A stretch of DNA of 64,000 nt from Candidatus Eremiobacteria bacterium (lineage in GTDB: Bacteria > Vulcanimicrobiota > Vulcanimicrobiia > Vulcanimicrobiales > Vulcanimicrobiaceae), in contig CAVTRC010000002.1 of the NCBI GenBank assembly GCA_963737065.1, positions 352,001 to 416,000 of the forward strand, written 5' to 3'. Shown one piece after another: positions 33,353-43,556 of the stretch (its first letter is position 1; each line of letters begins with the position of its first letter). A model generated the notes under the pieces. The model was not told the origin of the DNA, searched no databases, and worked only from the letters and a program-made list of their open reading frames with translations. The position numbers and the translations under genes were made by a program.

Positions 33353-33937
33353 ATGGCAGAGAAGACAACGAAGAAGCCGGCTAGTGCCCTTCGACAGAGC
33401 TCGGGACAGGCTCCGTCCGGCGCGAAGGCTGCCGCGACGGGCGGATGGACGCTCGCTACGCTCAAACCCGCAAAAGGCTCGTGGACGAAACGGCAACGGA
33501 TCGGTCGCGGGCACGGTTCGGGCATGGTGAAGACGGGCGGCGAAGGCGGCAAAGGTCAGACGGTGCGTTCGGGCGGCGGCAAGGGTCCGGCATTCGAAGG
33601 CGGACAGACCCCGTGGGCGCGGCGTCTTCCGCATCGGCGCGGTTACTCTCAAAAGGCGCGCGATATCGGCCATTTCCGCACGCGCTATGCCGTTGTAAAT
33701 CTCCATCAACTTGACGGTTGGGATACCTCGATTGAAGTGTCACCCGAGTCGCTGATCGAGCGTGGAGTTTTAAAGAGCGCCGAAGACGGCGTGAAAATTC
33801 TCGGCGGCGCAAAAAGCGGTAAGACGATTCCCCAAGGATTGAAATTTCGCGACATCCTGTTCTCCGCAAGCGCGCGCCAAGCGCTCACGGCGGCCGGCGC
33901 ACAGCTTCCCGTTGAATCGACTGAAGGCCAAGCGTAG
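33353..33937 (+). CDS. rplO: 50S ribosomal protein L15 with N-terminal extension
   Basis: [16 protein letters not shown]...RLP. Confidence 0.96.
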   Translation: MAEKTTKKPASALRQSSGQAPSGAKAAATGGWTLATLKPAKGSWTKRQRIGRGHGSGMVKTGGEGGKGQTVRSGGGKGPAFEGGQTPWARRLPHRRGYSQKARDIGHFRTRYAVVNLHQLDGWDTSIEVSPESLIERGVLKSAEDGVKILGGAKSGKTIPQGLKFRDILFSASARQALTAAGAQLPVESTEGQA

Positions 33938-35271
33938 TGTTTGACAATCTAAGAGCCGCGCTCTTAGTTCCGGAGATCCGTAAGCGTCTCGGCTTCGTGC
34001 TCTTTGCGTTCGCCTGGTTCGTGTTCATGATTCACGTGCAGTTGCCGAACGTGAACGAGCAAGCTTGGCAAAACGTGCTCAAGCAGGGCGCGTTCTACAA
34101 CTTACTCGGCTTCCTCTCCGGCGGCGCACTGCAGAAGCTCTCGGTCATTTCGATGGGCATCACGCCGTACATCAACGCGTCGATCATCATGCAACTCATG
34201 ACGGTGGTCTTGCCGCAGCTCGAAGAGATGGCGAAGAAAGGCGGCGAGGAAGGGCGTAAGAAGATCAGCCAGTACACGCGCTGGCTAACGATCGTGCTCG
34301 CGATACTTCAAGCGACGTTCATGACGAACGCGATGCGCGTATCAGGCGTCTTCTACGACACCTCGTTTTTGTTCCAGCTCTTCGCGATGATCGCTCTCGT
34401 TTCGGGGACGCTTTTCTTGATGTGGCTCGGCGAGCAGATTACCGACAAGGGGATCGGCAACGGCGTCTCGCTCATCATTTTTATCGGTATCGTGTTGCGT
34501 TACCCGACGTACGTCACGCAGACATATTCGAGCGCTGCACAGGGTGGCGAGTCGCTGCTGAATCTGGTGCTCTATATTCTGGTCGCGATCGCGATCATCG
34601 TCGGTATCGTCTTCATGTATCAGGGACAACGCCGCGTGCCGGTGCAGCAGGCGCGCCGCGTCGTCGGCCGCAAAATGTTCGCGGGCCGCTCGACGTACAT
34701 CCCCTTGCGATTGAACAATGCCGGCGTCATCTCGATCATCTTCGCGATCTCGATTCTGCTGCTGCCGCAACAGGCGCTCTCGTGGTTTTCGGGTCACCAA
34801 GGCGCGCAATCGACGTGGCTCCATCTCTTCGGGCCGGTGGAATTCCCGACGAACATCGCGGCGCTCTCCGAATCGCTCAACGTATGGTTTGCTCCGAGCG
34901 GCTTCTTCTACAACATCGCGTACTTTTTGCTCGTGGTGATCTTCACGTTTTTCTACAGCTCGATCGTCATCAACACGCGCGACGTTGCGGACAACCTGAA
35001 GAAGACCGGCGCGTTCATTCCCGGCATCCGTCCGGGACAACCGACGGTTGACTATTTGAATAAGATCTTGATGCGTCTCACGACGGCGGCGGCGATCTTC
35101 CTTGGTCTCCTCGCCGTTCTGCCGGGCGCGCTGCAGCGTGGACTTTCCGTGACGACCTTCTATCTCGGATCGACCTCGCTGCTCATCGTCGTCGGCGTCG
35201 CGCTCGATACGATCACGCAGATCGAAGCGCGTCTTGCGATGCGCGATTATCGCGGGTTCATCAAGCGTTGA
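33937..35271 (+). CDS. secY: Preprotein translocase subunit SecY
   Basis: GITPYINASIIMQL, WLGEQIT..GIGNG, FIPGIRPG. Confidence 0.99.
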   Translation: MFDNLRAALLVPEIRKRLGFVLFAFAWFVFMIHVQLPNVNEQAWQNVLKQGAFYNLLGFLSGGALQKLSVISMGITPYINASIIMQLMTVVLPQLEEMAKKGGEEGRKKISQYTRWLTIVLAILQATFMTNAMRVSGVFYDTSFLFQLFAMIALVSGTLFLMWLGEQITDKGIGNGVSLIIFIGIVLRYPTYVTQTYSSAAQGGESLLNLVLYILVAIAIIVGIVFMYQGQRRVPVQQARRVVGRKMFAGRSTYIPLRLNNAGVISIIFAISILLLPQQALSWFSGHQGAQSTWLHLFGPVEFPTNIAALSESLNVWFAPSGFFYNIAYFLLVVIFTFFYSSIVINTRDVADNLKKTGAFIPGIRPGQPTVDYLNKILMRLTTAAAIFLGLLAVLPGALQRGLSVTTFYLGSTSLLIVVGVALDTITQIEARLAMRDYRGFIKR

Positions 35272-35924
35272 TGTTGCGCGACATCGTGCTGCTCGGCGCA
35301 CCCGGCGCGGGAAAGGGGACGCAGGCGCAGATTCTGGTGAAGCGTTTCGGCTATCGGCAAATTTCGACCGGCGACTTGTTGCGCGAACACCGCGACGCCG
35401 GCAGCGAGCTGGGCAAAGCCGCCGAAGGGTTCATGAAGCGCGGGGAGCTCGTTCCCGACGAGTTGATCGTCAAGATGGTCGAGGGTGAACTGCGTGATGA
35501 CGCCGGCGTGCTCTTCGACGGCTTTCCGCGTACGGTTGCGCAGGCCGACGCGCTCGATGCTCTATTGCAATCACGCGGCCGCGGGTTGCCGGGTGCCGTT
35601 TTCTTCGACATCTCGCGCTCGCTGCTCGAAGAACGTTTACTCGGCCGCTGGACGAATCCGCGCACGGGACGCGTCTACCACGAAACATTCAATCCGCCCA
35701 AACGCGCCGGCGTCGACGACGAAGACGGCGGGCCGCTGATTCAGCGTGAAGACGATGCACCGAAAACGGTTCGCACGCGGCTCGATGTGTTCGAAGCTCA
35801 AACGATGCCGCTCGTCACCTACTATGAGAGCAGCGGTCGCCTCGTTCCGATCGACGCGACGCAGCCGGTCGACGACGTAACACATAGACTGCTCCACGCG
35901 ATCGGGGTGGATCCCGCCGCCTAA
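35271..35924 (+). CDS. adk: Adenylate kinase
   Basis: GAPGAGKGTQ, STGDLLR, DGFPR. Confidence 0.98.
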   Translation: MLRDIVLLGAPGAGKGTQAQILVKRFGYRQISTGDLLREHRDAGSELGKAAEGFMKRGELVPDELIVKMVEGELRDDAGVLFDGFPRTVAQADALDALLQSRGRGLPGAVFFDISRSLLEERLLGRWTNPRTGRVYHETFNPPKRAGVDDEDGGPLIQREDDAPKTVRTRLDVFEAQTMPLVTYYESSGRLVPIDATQPVDDVTHRLLHAIGVDPAA

Positions 35925-36736
35925 TGGTTACGCTGAAATCTCCGCGCGAGATAGAAACGATGCGGCGCAGCGGAAAGATCACCTCGAAGGTGTTGACCGA
36001 CTTAATGAAAGCGGCGCGCCCAGGGGTCACAACGGGATTTCTCGATGAAATGGCCGAGAACGGCATTCGCGAACTGGGCGGCATTCCTACATTCAAGGGC
36101 TATCACGGTTACACGGCCTCGATCTGCACGTCGGTCAACGACGAAGTCGTACACGGCATTCCGAGCGATCGCGTGCTAAAAGACGGCGATCTGCTCTCGA
36201 TCGACATCGGCACGACGTTCGAGGGCTACGTCAGCGACAGCGCCGTGACCGTGCCGATCGGAAACATCTCGCGCAACGCTGAGCGTCTGCTTGACGTTAC
36301 GCAGGAGTGCCTTATGATCGGGATCGCGCACATGCAGCGCGGTAACCGCGTGGGCGATATTGGCGATGCCGTGCAGAGGCACGCGGAGAGCCACGGGTAC
36401 GGCGTCGTGCGGGAGCTGGTTGGCCACGGCGTTGGGACATCGATGCACGAGGAGCCGCAGGTCCCCAATTATGGGAGCGCAGGAACTGGTGCGCTGCTGC
36501 GTCCCGGGCTCGTGCTCGCCGTCGAACCGATGATTACCGAGGGTGAGCACGCGGTCGAGATCCTCAAAGACGGCTGGACAGTCGTCACGGCAGATGGTAA
36601 ACTCGCAGCGCACTTCGAGCATACGATCGCCGTGACCGAGGGCGGTCCGAAGATCCTGACGCTCCGGAATTTCGGCGAGCACCCAAATGTCGCGCAGTAT
36701 GTTCCCGATCAGGAGAAGTCGGGGGCACCAGCATGA
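35924..36736 (+). CDS. map: Type I methionine aminopeptidase
   Basis: CTSVNDEVVHGIP, GHGVG..MHEEP, AHFEHT. Confidence 0.98.
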   Translation: MVTLKSPREIETMRRSGKITSKVLTDLMKAARPGVTTGFLDEMAENGIRELGGIPTFKGYHGYTASICTSVNDEVVHGIPSDRVLKDGDLLSIDIGTTFEGYVSDSAVTVPIGNISRNAERLLDVTQECLMIGIAHMQRGNRVGDIGDAVQRHAESHGYGVVRELVGHGVGTSMHEEPQVPNYGSAGTGALLRPGLVLAVEPMITEGEHAVEILKDGWTVVTADGKLAAHFEHTIAVTEGGPKILTLRNFGEHPNVAQYVPDQEKSGAPA

Positions 36737-36835
36737 GCCTGGGGGCGCGCAGCGCCTGGAGAACCTACACGGTTCCGAGCGACGCCTGCCCAGTGGGGAG
36801 TTTCATTGGTTGATTGAGTTCGGAGTGCACGATTA

Positions 36836-37123
36836 GTGGCGCGCCGAGGAGGGCGCCGCCCGCAGCGGGCGCGCAACAACTCGGACAAAACCGCAAAGAC
36901 CGCGACGGCCAAGGAAGAGGCGATCGAGGTTGAAGGAACGATTGTCGAGCCGCTGCCGAACGCAATGTTCCGCGTCGAACTCGCCAACGGTCATCGAGTG
37001 CTGGCGCACGTCTCCGGCAAAATCCGGATGAATTATATCCGTATTCTTCCTGGAGACCGCGTGCTCGTCGAGCTCTCGCCGTATGACTTATCGCACGGCA
37101 GAATTACCTACCGGTATAAGTAA
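36836..37123 (+). CDS. infA: Translation initiation factor IF-1 with N-terminal extension
   Basis: [31 protein letters not shown]. Confidence 0.97.
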   Translation: MARRGGRRPQRARNNSDKTAKTATAKEEAIEVEGTIVEPLPNAMFRVELANGHRVLAHVSGKIRMNYIRILPGDRVLVELSPYDLSHGRITYRYK

Positions 37124-37146
37124 AAACGAAATAGTACGAGTGGGAA

Positions 37147-37242
37147 CCCGCCGGGCTTTGGCCGGCGGGGGGCGCACCGGGGCGAGGCTCCAAAGTGCCG
37201 TTACCAATGAAAGGGCCCCAATCGTGGGGACCACGATTGGAG
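37147..37242 (+). repeat. Structured element family 2, copy B (infA-rpmJ spacer)
   Basis: Same architecture as 15155-15245; the last hairpin overlaps the rpmJ RBS. Confidence 0.6.
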
Positions 37243-37248
37243 AAAAAA

Positions 37249-37365
37249 ATGAAAGTACGTCCGTCAGTCAAAAAAATTTGCGAAGCGTGCAAGGTCATTC
37301 GCCGCGAAGGCAAAGTGCGCGTGATCTGCAACGTCAATCCGAAACATAAACAGGTGCAAGGATAG
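37249..37365 (+). CDS. rpmJ: 50S ribosomal protein L36, Zn-ribbon type (not in the ORF track)
   Basis: Translated by hand: [38 protein letters not shown]. Confidence 0.98.
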   Translation: MKVRPSVKKICEACKVIRREGKVRVICNVNPKHKQVQG

Positions 37366-37367
37366 TT

Positions 37368-37751
37368 ATGGCCCGTATTGCCGGTATCGATCTTCCGCGC
37401 GAAAAGCGCATTGAAGTCGGTCTTACTTATATCTTCGGTATTGGCCCCACGAGCGCGAAGAAGATGCTCGCTCATACGGGCATCAATCCCGACACGCGCG
37501 TCAAAGACCTCAGCGAAGACGACGAGAAACGTTTGCGCGACGCGATCGACACGCTGCAACTGCGCGTGGAGGGCGACCTGCGCCGTGAAGTCCAAGGCAA
37601 CATCAAGCGTCTAATGGACATCGGCTGCTACCGCGGCCTCCGTCATCGCCGCGGTCTCCCGGTTCGCGGTCAGCGCACGAAGACGAACGCGCGCACGCGC
37701 AAGGGACCCAAACGCACCGTGGCCGGCAAGAAGAAGGTCACCAAGAAGTAG
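37368..37751 (+). CDS. rpsM: 30S ribosomal protein S13
   Basis: [32 protein letters not shown]. Confidence 0.99.
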   Translation: MARIAGIDLPREKRIEVGLTYIFGIGPTSAKKMLAHTGINPDTRVKDLSEDDEKRLRDAIDTLQLRVEGDLRREVQGNIKRLMDIGCYRGLRHRRGLPVRGQRTKTNARTRKGPKRTVAGKKKVTKK

Positions 37752-37762
37752 GGACACACGCA

Positions 37763-37793
37763 GAGGCCCGGCAAACGCCGGGCCTTGTGATTT
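37763..37793 (+). terminator. Terminator-like hairpin after rpsM
   Basis: GAGGCCCGGC/GCCGGGCCTT stem with a weak U-tract. Confidence 0.5.
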
Positions 37794-38650
37794 ATGTCGG
37801 CACATGCGGCTACTCGTATAAAGACTGGGTCGGGCCGTTCTATCCGCCCGCGACGAAGCCGGCCGAGATGCTGCGTTACTATACGTCGCGTTTCACGGCG
37901 GTTGAAATCGATTCGAGTTACTACGGCATCCCTTCTCCAAATACGATCGTGTCGCTGAATAAATGCACGCCTCCGCAATTCCGCTTCAGTTTCAAAGCGC
38001 CGCAAACGGTAACGCATCCGCCCGATACCACCGCGTCGGTTCACGATGATGCGCGACTGCTCGGCCAGGTGATAACGCCCATTCGTGCAAGCGGCAAACT
38101 GGCGTGCGTGCTGCTGCAGTTTCCCAACGGCTTCAAACGCACGCCGACGAACGAGCAGTACTTACTCCGTTCGATCGGCGCATTCGAATCATTGCCGGTC
38201 GTCGTTGAATTTCGAAACACCGAATGGCAGAACCACGAGACGGAACAGTTGCTGCGTGAGAACGGGGCGTCGCTCTGCAATGTTGATCTGCCGCTTCTCG
38301 ACGGCTTGCCGCACGCTTCATCCGATACGACGGGATCGATCGGCTACGTGCGGTTTCACGGGCGCAACACAAAGACATGGTGGACCGGTACGAACGTCAC
38401 GCGGTATCACTACCTCTACACGCCGGACGAACTCGTGCCGTGGACCGATCGTCTAGCCGAAATCGACGCGCAAGTCAAAGAAAGCTACGCATTCTTCAAC
38501 AACCATGCTCGCGGCAACGCGCCGCGCAACGCCGAGATGTTGGAAGAACTGCTCCGCGAGCGATTCGGCATGCTGTGGGAAGAAGCGCTCGCGCAGCCCG
38601 CGCAGACGCAACGTATGCCGGAATCGCTCTCGCTCTTTGACGAGAACTAG
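37787..38650 (+). CDS. DUF72 family protein
   Basis: IYVGTCGYSY.DW...FYP, VEIDSSYY, YVRFHGRN, FFNNH. Confidence 0.92.
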   Translation: MIYVGTCGYSYKDWVGPFYPPATKPAEMLRYYTSRFTAVEIDSSYYGIPSPNTIVSLNKCTPPQFRFSFKAPQTVTHPPDTTASVHDDARLLGQVITPIRASGKLACVLLQFPNGFKRTPTNEQYLLRSIGAFESLPVVVEFRNTEWQNHETEQLLRENGASLCNVDLPLLDGLPHASSDTTGSIGYVRFHGRNTKTWWTGTNVTRYHYLYTPDELVPWTDRLAEIDAQVKESYAFFNNHARGNAPRNAEMLEELLRERFGMLWEEALAQPAQTQRMPESLSLFDEN

Positions 38651-38699
38651 ACGCGCGCCGCGCAGTGCTTGCGCAATTCCTTCGCGAACCGCGGGCGCA

Positions 38700-39434
38700 A
38701 TGAAGGCGGTGATTACTGCCGGCGGCCCGATCGGCGGCGAGTACGCCGCGATCGCGGGTTCGTCCCTGAAGGCGCTCGCGCCCGTGCGAGGCGTGACGAT
38801 GCTCGATCGGACGATCGGCGCATTGCGCGACGCGGGCGTGGCGCGCATCGCCGTCGTTGGGAACGGCGACGTGCGCACGTCCGTCGACGGCCGCGCCGAG
38901 CGAATCGTCGATGACGCCGGAAGCGGCGCAAAGAACGTGCTCGCCGCCCTCAATGCATGGGCCGATGACGGTGAACCGTTGTTGTATCTGACATGCGACA
39001 TGCCGTATATCACCGCCGACGCAGTCGTGGCCTTCGTGGAGCGAGTTGCGGGGGGTTCGCTCGCAATGCCCCTCACGGAAATCGATGATTTCACGCGTCG
39101 TTTTCCCGGCGCACCGCCGTTCGGCATACGCCTTGCCGGCGAGTCCGTCGTTAACGGCGGCGTGTTTCACATTCCGGCCGGCGCGACCGCTCCCATTGCG
39201 TCGTTTGCAACGGCGCTCTTCGACGCGCGAAAGGCGCCATGGCGCATGGCGACGATCGCCGGACCGATGCTTTTGTTGAAATTTGCGTTACAGCGATTGT
39301 CGATCGCAGAACTGGAGGCGCGCGCACGCCGAGTTCTCGACATGAATGTTGCCGCTATCCGGAACAGCCCGCCCGAACTCGCCTTCGATGCGGATACCGC
39401 CGATGAATATCGCTACGCAATCGAACACGACTAG
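38700..39434 (+). CDS. Nucleotidyltransferase (MobA-like NTP transferase)
   Basis: MKAVITAGG...KALAPV, TCDMP, DAD. Confidence 0.8.
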   Translation: MKAVITAGGPIGGEYAAIAGSSLKALAPVRGVTMLDRTIGALRDAGVARIAVVGNGDVRTSVDGRAERIVDDAGSGAKNVLAALNAWADDGEPLLYLTCDMPYITADAVVAFVERVAGGSLAMPLTEIDDFTRRFPGAPPFGIRLAGESVVNGGVFHIPAGATAPIASFATALFDARKAPWRMATIAGPMLLLKFALQRLSIAELEARARRVLDMNVAAIRNSPPELAFDADTADEYRYAIEHD

Positions 39435-40626
39435 CGCACGTGCCGAAAACCCGGCACGCCTGACCGTGCTGTGGTTCGGCATTCAACTTGCGTGGGGCGC
39501 GGTGCTCGGGATTTCGTTGCAAGCACGATCGCTGCAGTTAGGTGGTGCATCGGCGCTCGCAATCTACGGCGGCGTCTCAACGGCCGGCGCAATTGCGGCT
39601 GCAATCGTACAGCTTGCCATCGGGCCGTTCTCCGACCGCCGTCGTGGCGCAGGCGATAAACGGATTGCGTTTTATGCGACCGGCGGCATTGTAGCGGCTG
39701 CTGCGTTGGTCGCCTTCTACGCGGCGCCCACGACAGCGACGTTCGCGCTCGCGTTCATCATGCTGCAAGCTGCGATGAATTGCGCGATCGGTCCATATCA
39801 AGCGATCCTTCCCGATGCGGTTCCCGCCTCGCGCATCGGCGTGGCATCCGGTTGGATGGCCGCAATGCAAAGTGCCGGCAATGCGGTCGGCGCGATTCTC
39901 GCGACGCTGCTCGGTAATGGGATTCCACTCGCCCTAACGATCGCCGTGGCGTTGCTCGCGTCGTGCGCGGTGACCGTTTCCCATCTGCGGCGCATTGTGC
40001 TCCAACCGTTGCCTGCGCATCATTCGCTGCGCGTCACGCGAGCGCTCGTGGACCTCTTTGTTTCGCGCGCGCTCGTCTACGTCGGCTTTTACACGCTGCT
40101 GGGCTACCTTTTCTTCTATGTGAAAAATGCGCTGCCGCCGCACTTTGCGTTCGATGCAACGACGGCGAGCGGAGTTTGCGTGCTGATCTTCACGCTCGTC
40201 GGTGCGGTCGGCGCATTGATTGCCGCAAAACCGGCCGATCGTACCGACGAACGTCTCGTTGTTACGCTCGGCGGCGGAATTCTCGCGCTCAGCGTAGCGG
40301 CGCTCGGAATCGTGCACGGCGTTGCGCCGATCCCGGTTGCGATTGCCGTTGCCGGAATCGGCTGGGGCGTGTTCCTTTGCGCCGATTGGGCGTTTGCGTG
40401 CCGGGTATTGCCGGCCGGGGCACTCGCAACGACGATGGCCATCTGGAACATCGCCGTCGTGGGACCGCAAATCGTAGCACCCGCAGTAACGACTTTTGTA
40501 TTGGCGCGCATCGGCATCTTGACGACCGCCGAGGGCCCGCGCGGCGCATTCGCGCTTGCATGCATCGAAATACTGATCGGGTCGGTGTGGATCTGGCGTT
40601 TACCGCGCCAAGCGACCGGGAAATAG
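39403..40626 (+). CDS. MFS transporter
   Basis: About 12 TM segments, GPFSDR, YQAILPD; start uncertain. Confidence 0.85.
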   Translation: MNIATQSNTTSARAENPARLTVLWFGIQLAWGAVLGISLQARSLQLGGASALAIYGGVSTAGAIAAAIVQLAIGPFSDRRRGAGDKRIAFYATGGIVAAAALVAFYAAPTTATFALAFIMLQAAMNCAIGPYQAILPDAVPASRIGVASGWMAAMQSAGNAVGAILATLLGNGIPLALTIAVALLASCAVTVSHLRRIVLQPLPAHHSLRVTRALVDLFVSRALVYVGFYTLLGYLFFYVKNALPPHFAFDATTASGVCVLIFTLVGAVGALIAAKPADRTDERLVVTLGGGILALSVAALGIVHGVAPIPVAIAVAGIGWGVFLCADWAFACRVLPAGALATTMAIWNIAVVGPQIVAPAVTTFVLARIGILTTAEGPRGAFALACIEILIGSVWIWRLPRQATGK

Positions 40627-40723
40627 ATTTTGATGACTCTTGGCACGGGAACCTGGTAAGCGGGTTGTGCGTTACAAGAGTTGGTAGCGGATTGCGCTAC
40701 CCGAAACCTAAGGAGGTTTTTTA

Positions 40724-42034
40724 GTGAAACGACTGAGCACCGGGGTCCTAGCAGCACTCGTCGCAGCGTGCTGTGGGCTCACCGCGGTGGCAGCGCCGAC
40801 GACATCGCAACTGCAGAGAAACAATGGACAAGCTGTAGTTGCACAAGCCGGCAATGCGCCAGCGGCGAACTTCGGTACCCCGCCGTCAGGTCAGATCCCG
40901 ATTCTTTTCAACGATCACCACGTTTACAGCAAGCCTGACGTTCTCAAACAAGGACGTGTTCTCGCTGCACTCGTGCGTGGTGGTACCGTTCTCATTCCGT
41001 TGCGTTCGATGTTCGAGCAGATGGGTGCGACGGTTTCTTACAACGCCGGCACGAAGACCGTTACGGTCAGCAAACCCGGCTCGGAAGTCCGCGTAACGGT
41101 TGGACGTCCCGAAGTGGTGATCAATGGTGAAACACGTCCGCTCGACGTGCCGCCTATGATCTATCAGGGCAGCGTTCTGGTTCCCGTTCGTGTTATTTCC
41201 GAAGGCATGGGCGCCTACGTGCAGTGGGTTCCCGACAAACAGGTCGTTGTCGTGCGCTATCTGCCGCCGACGCCGCCGCCGAGTGCACCTCCGACCGAGG
41301 CTCCGACGACTGCGCCGACCGTTGCACCGACGCCGACGCCCGCACCTGTCGCAACCCCGTATAAGGATATCTTCATCGCGGGCGACTACATCTTCTCGCC
41401 GAAGGTCTACAACGAGTTCAGCCCCGGCAACACCGGGAAGAGCTCGTACGGGATCCGCGGCGCGATCGAGTTCGACGCGTTGAATCTCCCATGGATGCTC
41501 GAAGGCACGTTCGAACAATATCAGTATCCACACAACTGCACCACGTTCGCGCCGCCTGTATCGTCGACGGACTGCAACGTCACGACGATCGGACAGACCG
41601 GACAAGTGCAAGTGCCGTCATTTACCGCGCGCGACAGCGATTTCGATGCTCGTCTCGGGCTGAAGGTCGCCGATCCGCGCATCTACATCGGCGTTGGATA
41701 TGTCTGGCGTTCGAACAACTACGGCTATCCGCGTGAAACCGGTTTTGGTTTCGGTGCAGAAAAGCTCCCGGACCTCAACCATGCTTTCTCGCTATACGGC
41801 AGCGTGTATTACTTCCCGAACATGAAGGGAAACTTTACGGATCCCGGCACGGGCACCGGCTACTCGCTCGCATACAATCTGCTCAAGTACCAGGTCGGCG
41901 CCGCCGTTGTCTTCGGCAACAGCCCCGTCTTCTTGGACCTTGGCTGGATGGGCAATAACGGAAAGAACAAGCTCAACGCACCGTCCGACTTCACGATGAA
42001 CGGACCGTACGCGGGCCTGGGTATCAAGTTCTAA
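40724..42034 (+). CDS. Copper amine oxidase N-terminal (stalk) domain protein with a probable C-terminal beta-barrel
   Basis: LIPLRSMFEQMGA, LVPVRVISEGMGAYVQW; Pro/Thr linker; ends GLGIKF. Confidence 0.8.
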   Translation: MKRLSTGVLAALVAACCGLTAVAAPTTSQLQRNNGQAVVAQAGNAPAANFGTPPSGQIPILFNDHHVYSKPDVLKQGRVLAALVRGGTVLIPLRSMFEQMGATVSYNAGTKTVTVSKPGSEVRVTVGRPEVVINGETRPLDVPPMIYQGSVLVPVRVISEGMGAYVQWVPDKQVVVVRYLPPTPPPSAPPTEAPTTAPTVAPTPTPAPVATPYKDIFIAGDYIFSPKVYNEFSPGNTGKSSYGIRGAIEFDALNLPWMLEGTFEQYQYPHNCTTFAPPVSSTDCNVTTIGQTGQVQVPSFTARDSDFDARLGLKVADPRIYIGVGYVWRSNNYGYPRETGFGFGAEKLPDLNHAFSLYGSVYYFPNMKGNFTDPGTGTGYSLAYNLLKYQVGAAVVFGNSPVFLDLGWMGNNGKNKLNAPSDFTMNGPYAGLGIKF

Positions 42035-42059
42035 TCAGAGCACTGATATCCGAGTTGAG

Positions 42060-42088
42060 GAGCCCGGCTTCGGCCGGGCTCTTTTCTT
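42060..42088 (+). terminator. Intrinsic terminator
   Basis: GAGCCCGGC-TTCG-GCCGGGCTC followed by TTTTCTT. Confidence 0.85.
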
Positions 42089-42175
42089 ATGACACCCGAA
42101 CGCCCTTTTTGGTATTTTGGAGACTGAGCAACGTGGATTGCTCGAATGGGTGAAAAAGCCTGAGGAGGGTCTCTA

Positions 42176-43423
42176 GTGAGTAGACTGAGCACCGGAACTT
42201 TGGCACTTCTGTTTGCAGCGTGCTGCGCGCTCACTGCGGTCGCGCAAAACGTTGCACCCGCAAATTTCGGAAGTCCGCCCTCCGGTCAAATCCCGATCCT
42301 CTTTAACGATCACCACGTGTATAGCAAGCCGGATCTTTTGAGGCGCGGCCGGGTTCTTGCTGCACTGGTGCGCGGCGGGACCATTCTCATTCCGTTGCGT
42401 TCGATGTTCGAACAGATGGGCGCAAGCGTGTCGTACAATGGCGCTACGAAAACCGTGACGGTGACGAAGCCGGGCTCGGAAGTTCGCGTAACGGTAGGAC
42501 GTTCCGAGGTCGTGATCAACGGCGAAACGCGTCCGCTCGACGTGCCGCCGGTAATCTATCAAGGAACCGTTCTGGTTCCCGTTCGTGTTATTTCCGAAGG
42601 CATGGGCGCGTACGTGCAATGGGTTCCCGACAAACAAGTCGTCGTCGTGCGCTATCTACCAGCCACGCCGCCGCCCACCGCACCTCCGACGGAGGCCCCG
42701 ACGACGGCGCCGACGATCGTTCCGACGCCAACCGCCGTGCCGACGCGCTACAACGAAGTGTGGCTCGTGGGCGACTACATTTTCTCGCCAAAAATCTACA
42801 ACGAATTGAGTCCGGGTAACATCGGAACCGCGACGTGGGCGGCGCGCGGCGGGTTCGAATTCGACGCGTTCAATCTTCCATGGATGGTCGAAGGCTCGTG
42901 GGAGGAATTCACCTATCCGCACGACTGTCCGCCGCTTATTGCGCCGGTCGTTCCCAGCGAATGCAATGTCACGACGATCGGCCGGACCGGACAAGTGATT
43001 GTGCCGGCGTTTACCGTGCGCGACAATGACTTCGACTGGCGCTTAGGATTCCGCGTCTTCGAACCACGTATCTACATCGGCGTCGGCTATCTCTTCCGCA
43101 CGGGAAATTACGGCTACCCGCAAGTGCAAGGGCTTGGCTACGGTGGTGAAAAGCTTCCCGACCTGGACAGGCCGATCTCGGTCTTCGGCAGCGCCTGGTA
43201 TTATCCGAACGCGAAAGGCGCATATACCGATCCGGGCACCGGCCTCGGTTACACCGTCGCGTACCGTATCCTCAAGTATCAAATTGGCGGTACGCTGTTG
43301 CTTCGACCCAGCCCGATTTTCATCGACTTCGGCTACATGGGAATCAGCGGGAAGAACAAGACCAATGCGCCCTCGGATTTCAACATAAACGGGCCTTTCG
43401 CGGGCATCGGCATCAGGTTCTAG
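42176..43423 (+). CDS. Paralog of 40724..42034 (stalk domain plus probable beta-barrel)
   Basis: Near-identical N-domain; ends GIGIRF. Confidence 0.8.
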   Translation: MSRLSTGTLALLFAACCALTAVAQNVAPANFGSPPSGQIPILFNDHHVYSKPDLLRRGRVLAALVRGGTILIPLRSMFEQMGASVSYNGATKTVTVTKPGSEVRVTVGRSEVVINGETRPLDVPPVIYQGTVLVPVRVISEGMGAYVQWVPDKQVVVVRYLPATPPPTAPPTEAPTTAPTIVPTPTAVPTRYNEVWLVGDYIFSPKIYNELSPGNIGTATWAARGGFEFDAFNLPWMVEGSWEEFTYPHDCPPLIAPVVPSECNVTTIGRTGQVIVPAFTVRDNDFDWRLGFRVFEPRIYIGVGYLFRTGNYGYPQVQGLGYGGEKLPDLDRPISVFGSAWYYPNAKGAYTDPGTGLGYTVAYRILKYQIGGTLLLRPSPIFIDFGYMGISGKNKTNAPSDFNINGPFAGIGIRF

Positions 43424-43446
43424 CTGCGAGCGGCGCCTTACAAGGT

Positions 43447-43478
43447 GAAGAGTCCGGCGACGGCCGGACTCTTCGTTT
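43447..43478 (+). terminator. Intrinsic terminator
   Basis: 12-bp stem GAAGAGTCCGGC/GCCGGACTCTTC followed by GTTT. Confidence 0.7.
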
Positions 43479-43556
43479 GCTGAGCAGCGTTGCGCCGGGG
43501 TGCCGAAGAAGTTATTGCCAACCCCCCAGGCGCCGGGGGTAGTCTATTCTTTAGTT

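Noticed and set aside
36733..36813. 26-aa ORF overlapping the map stop, where a KOW protein lies in some bacteria
   Set aside because: No KOW motif and too short to support
41260..41360. Repetitive CCGACG tracts (also 42660-42740)
   Set aside because: They encode Pro/Thr linkers; not CRISPR or a VNTR
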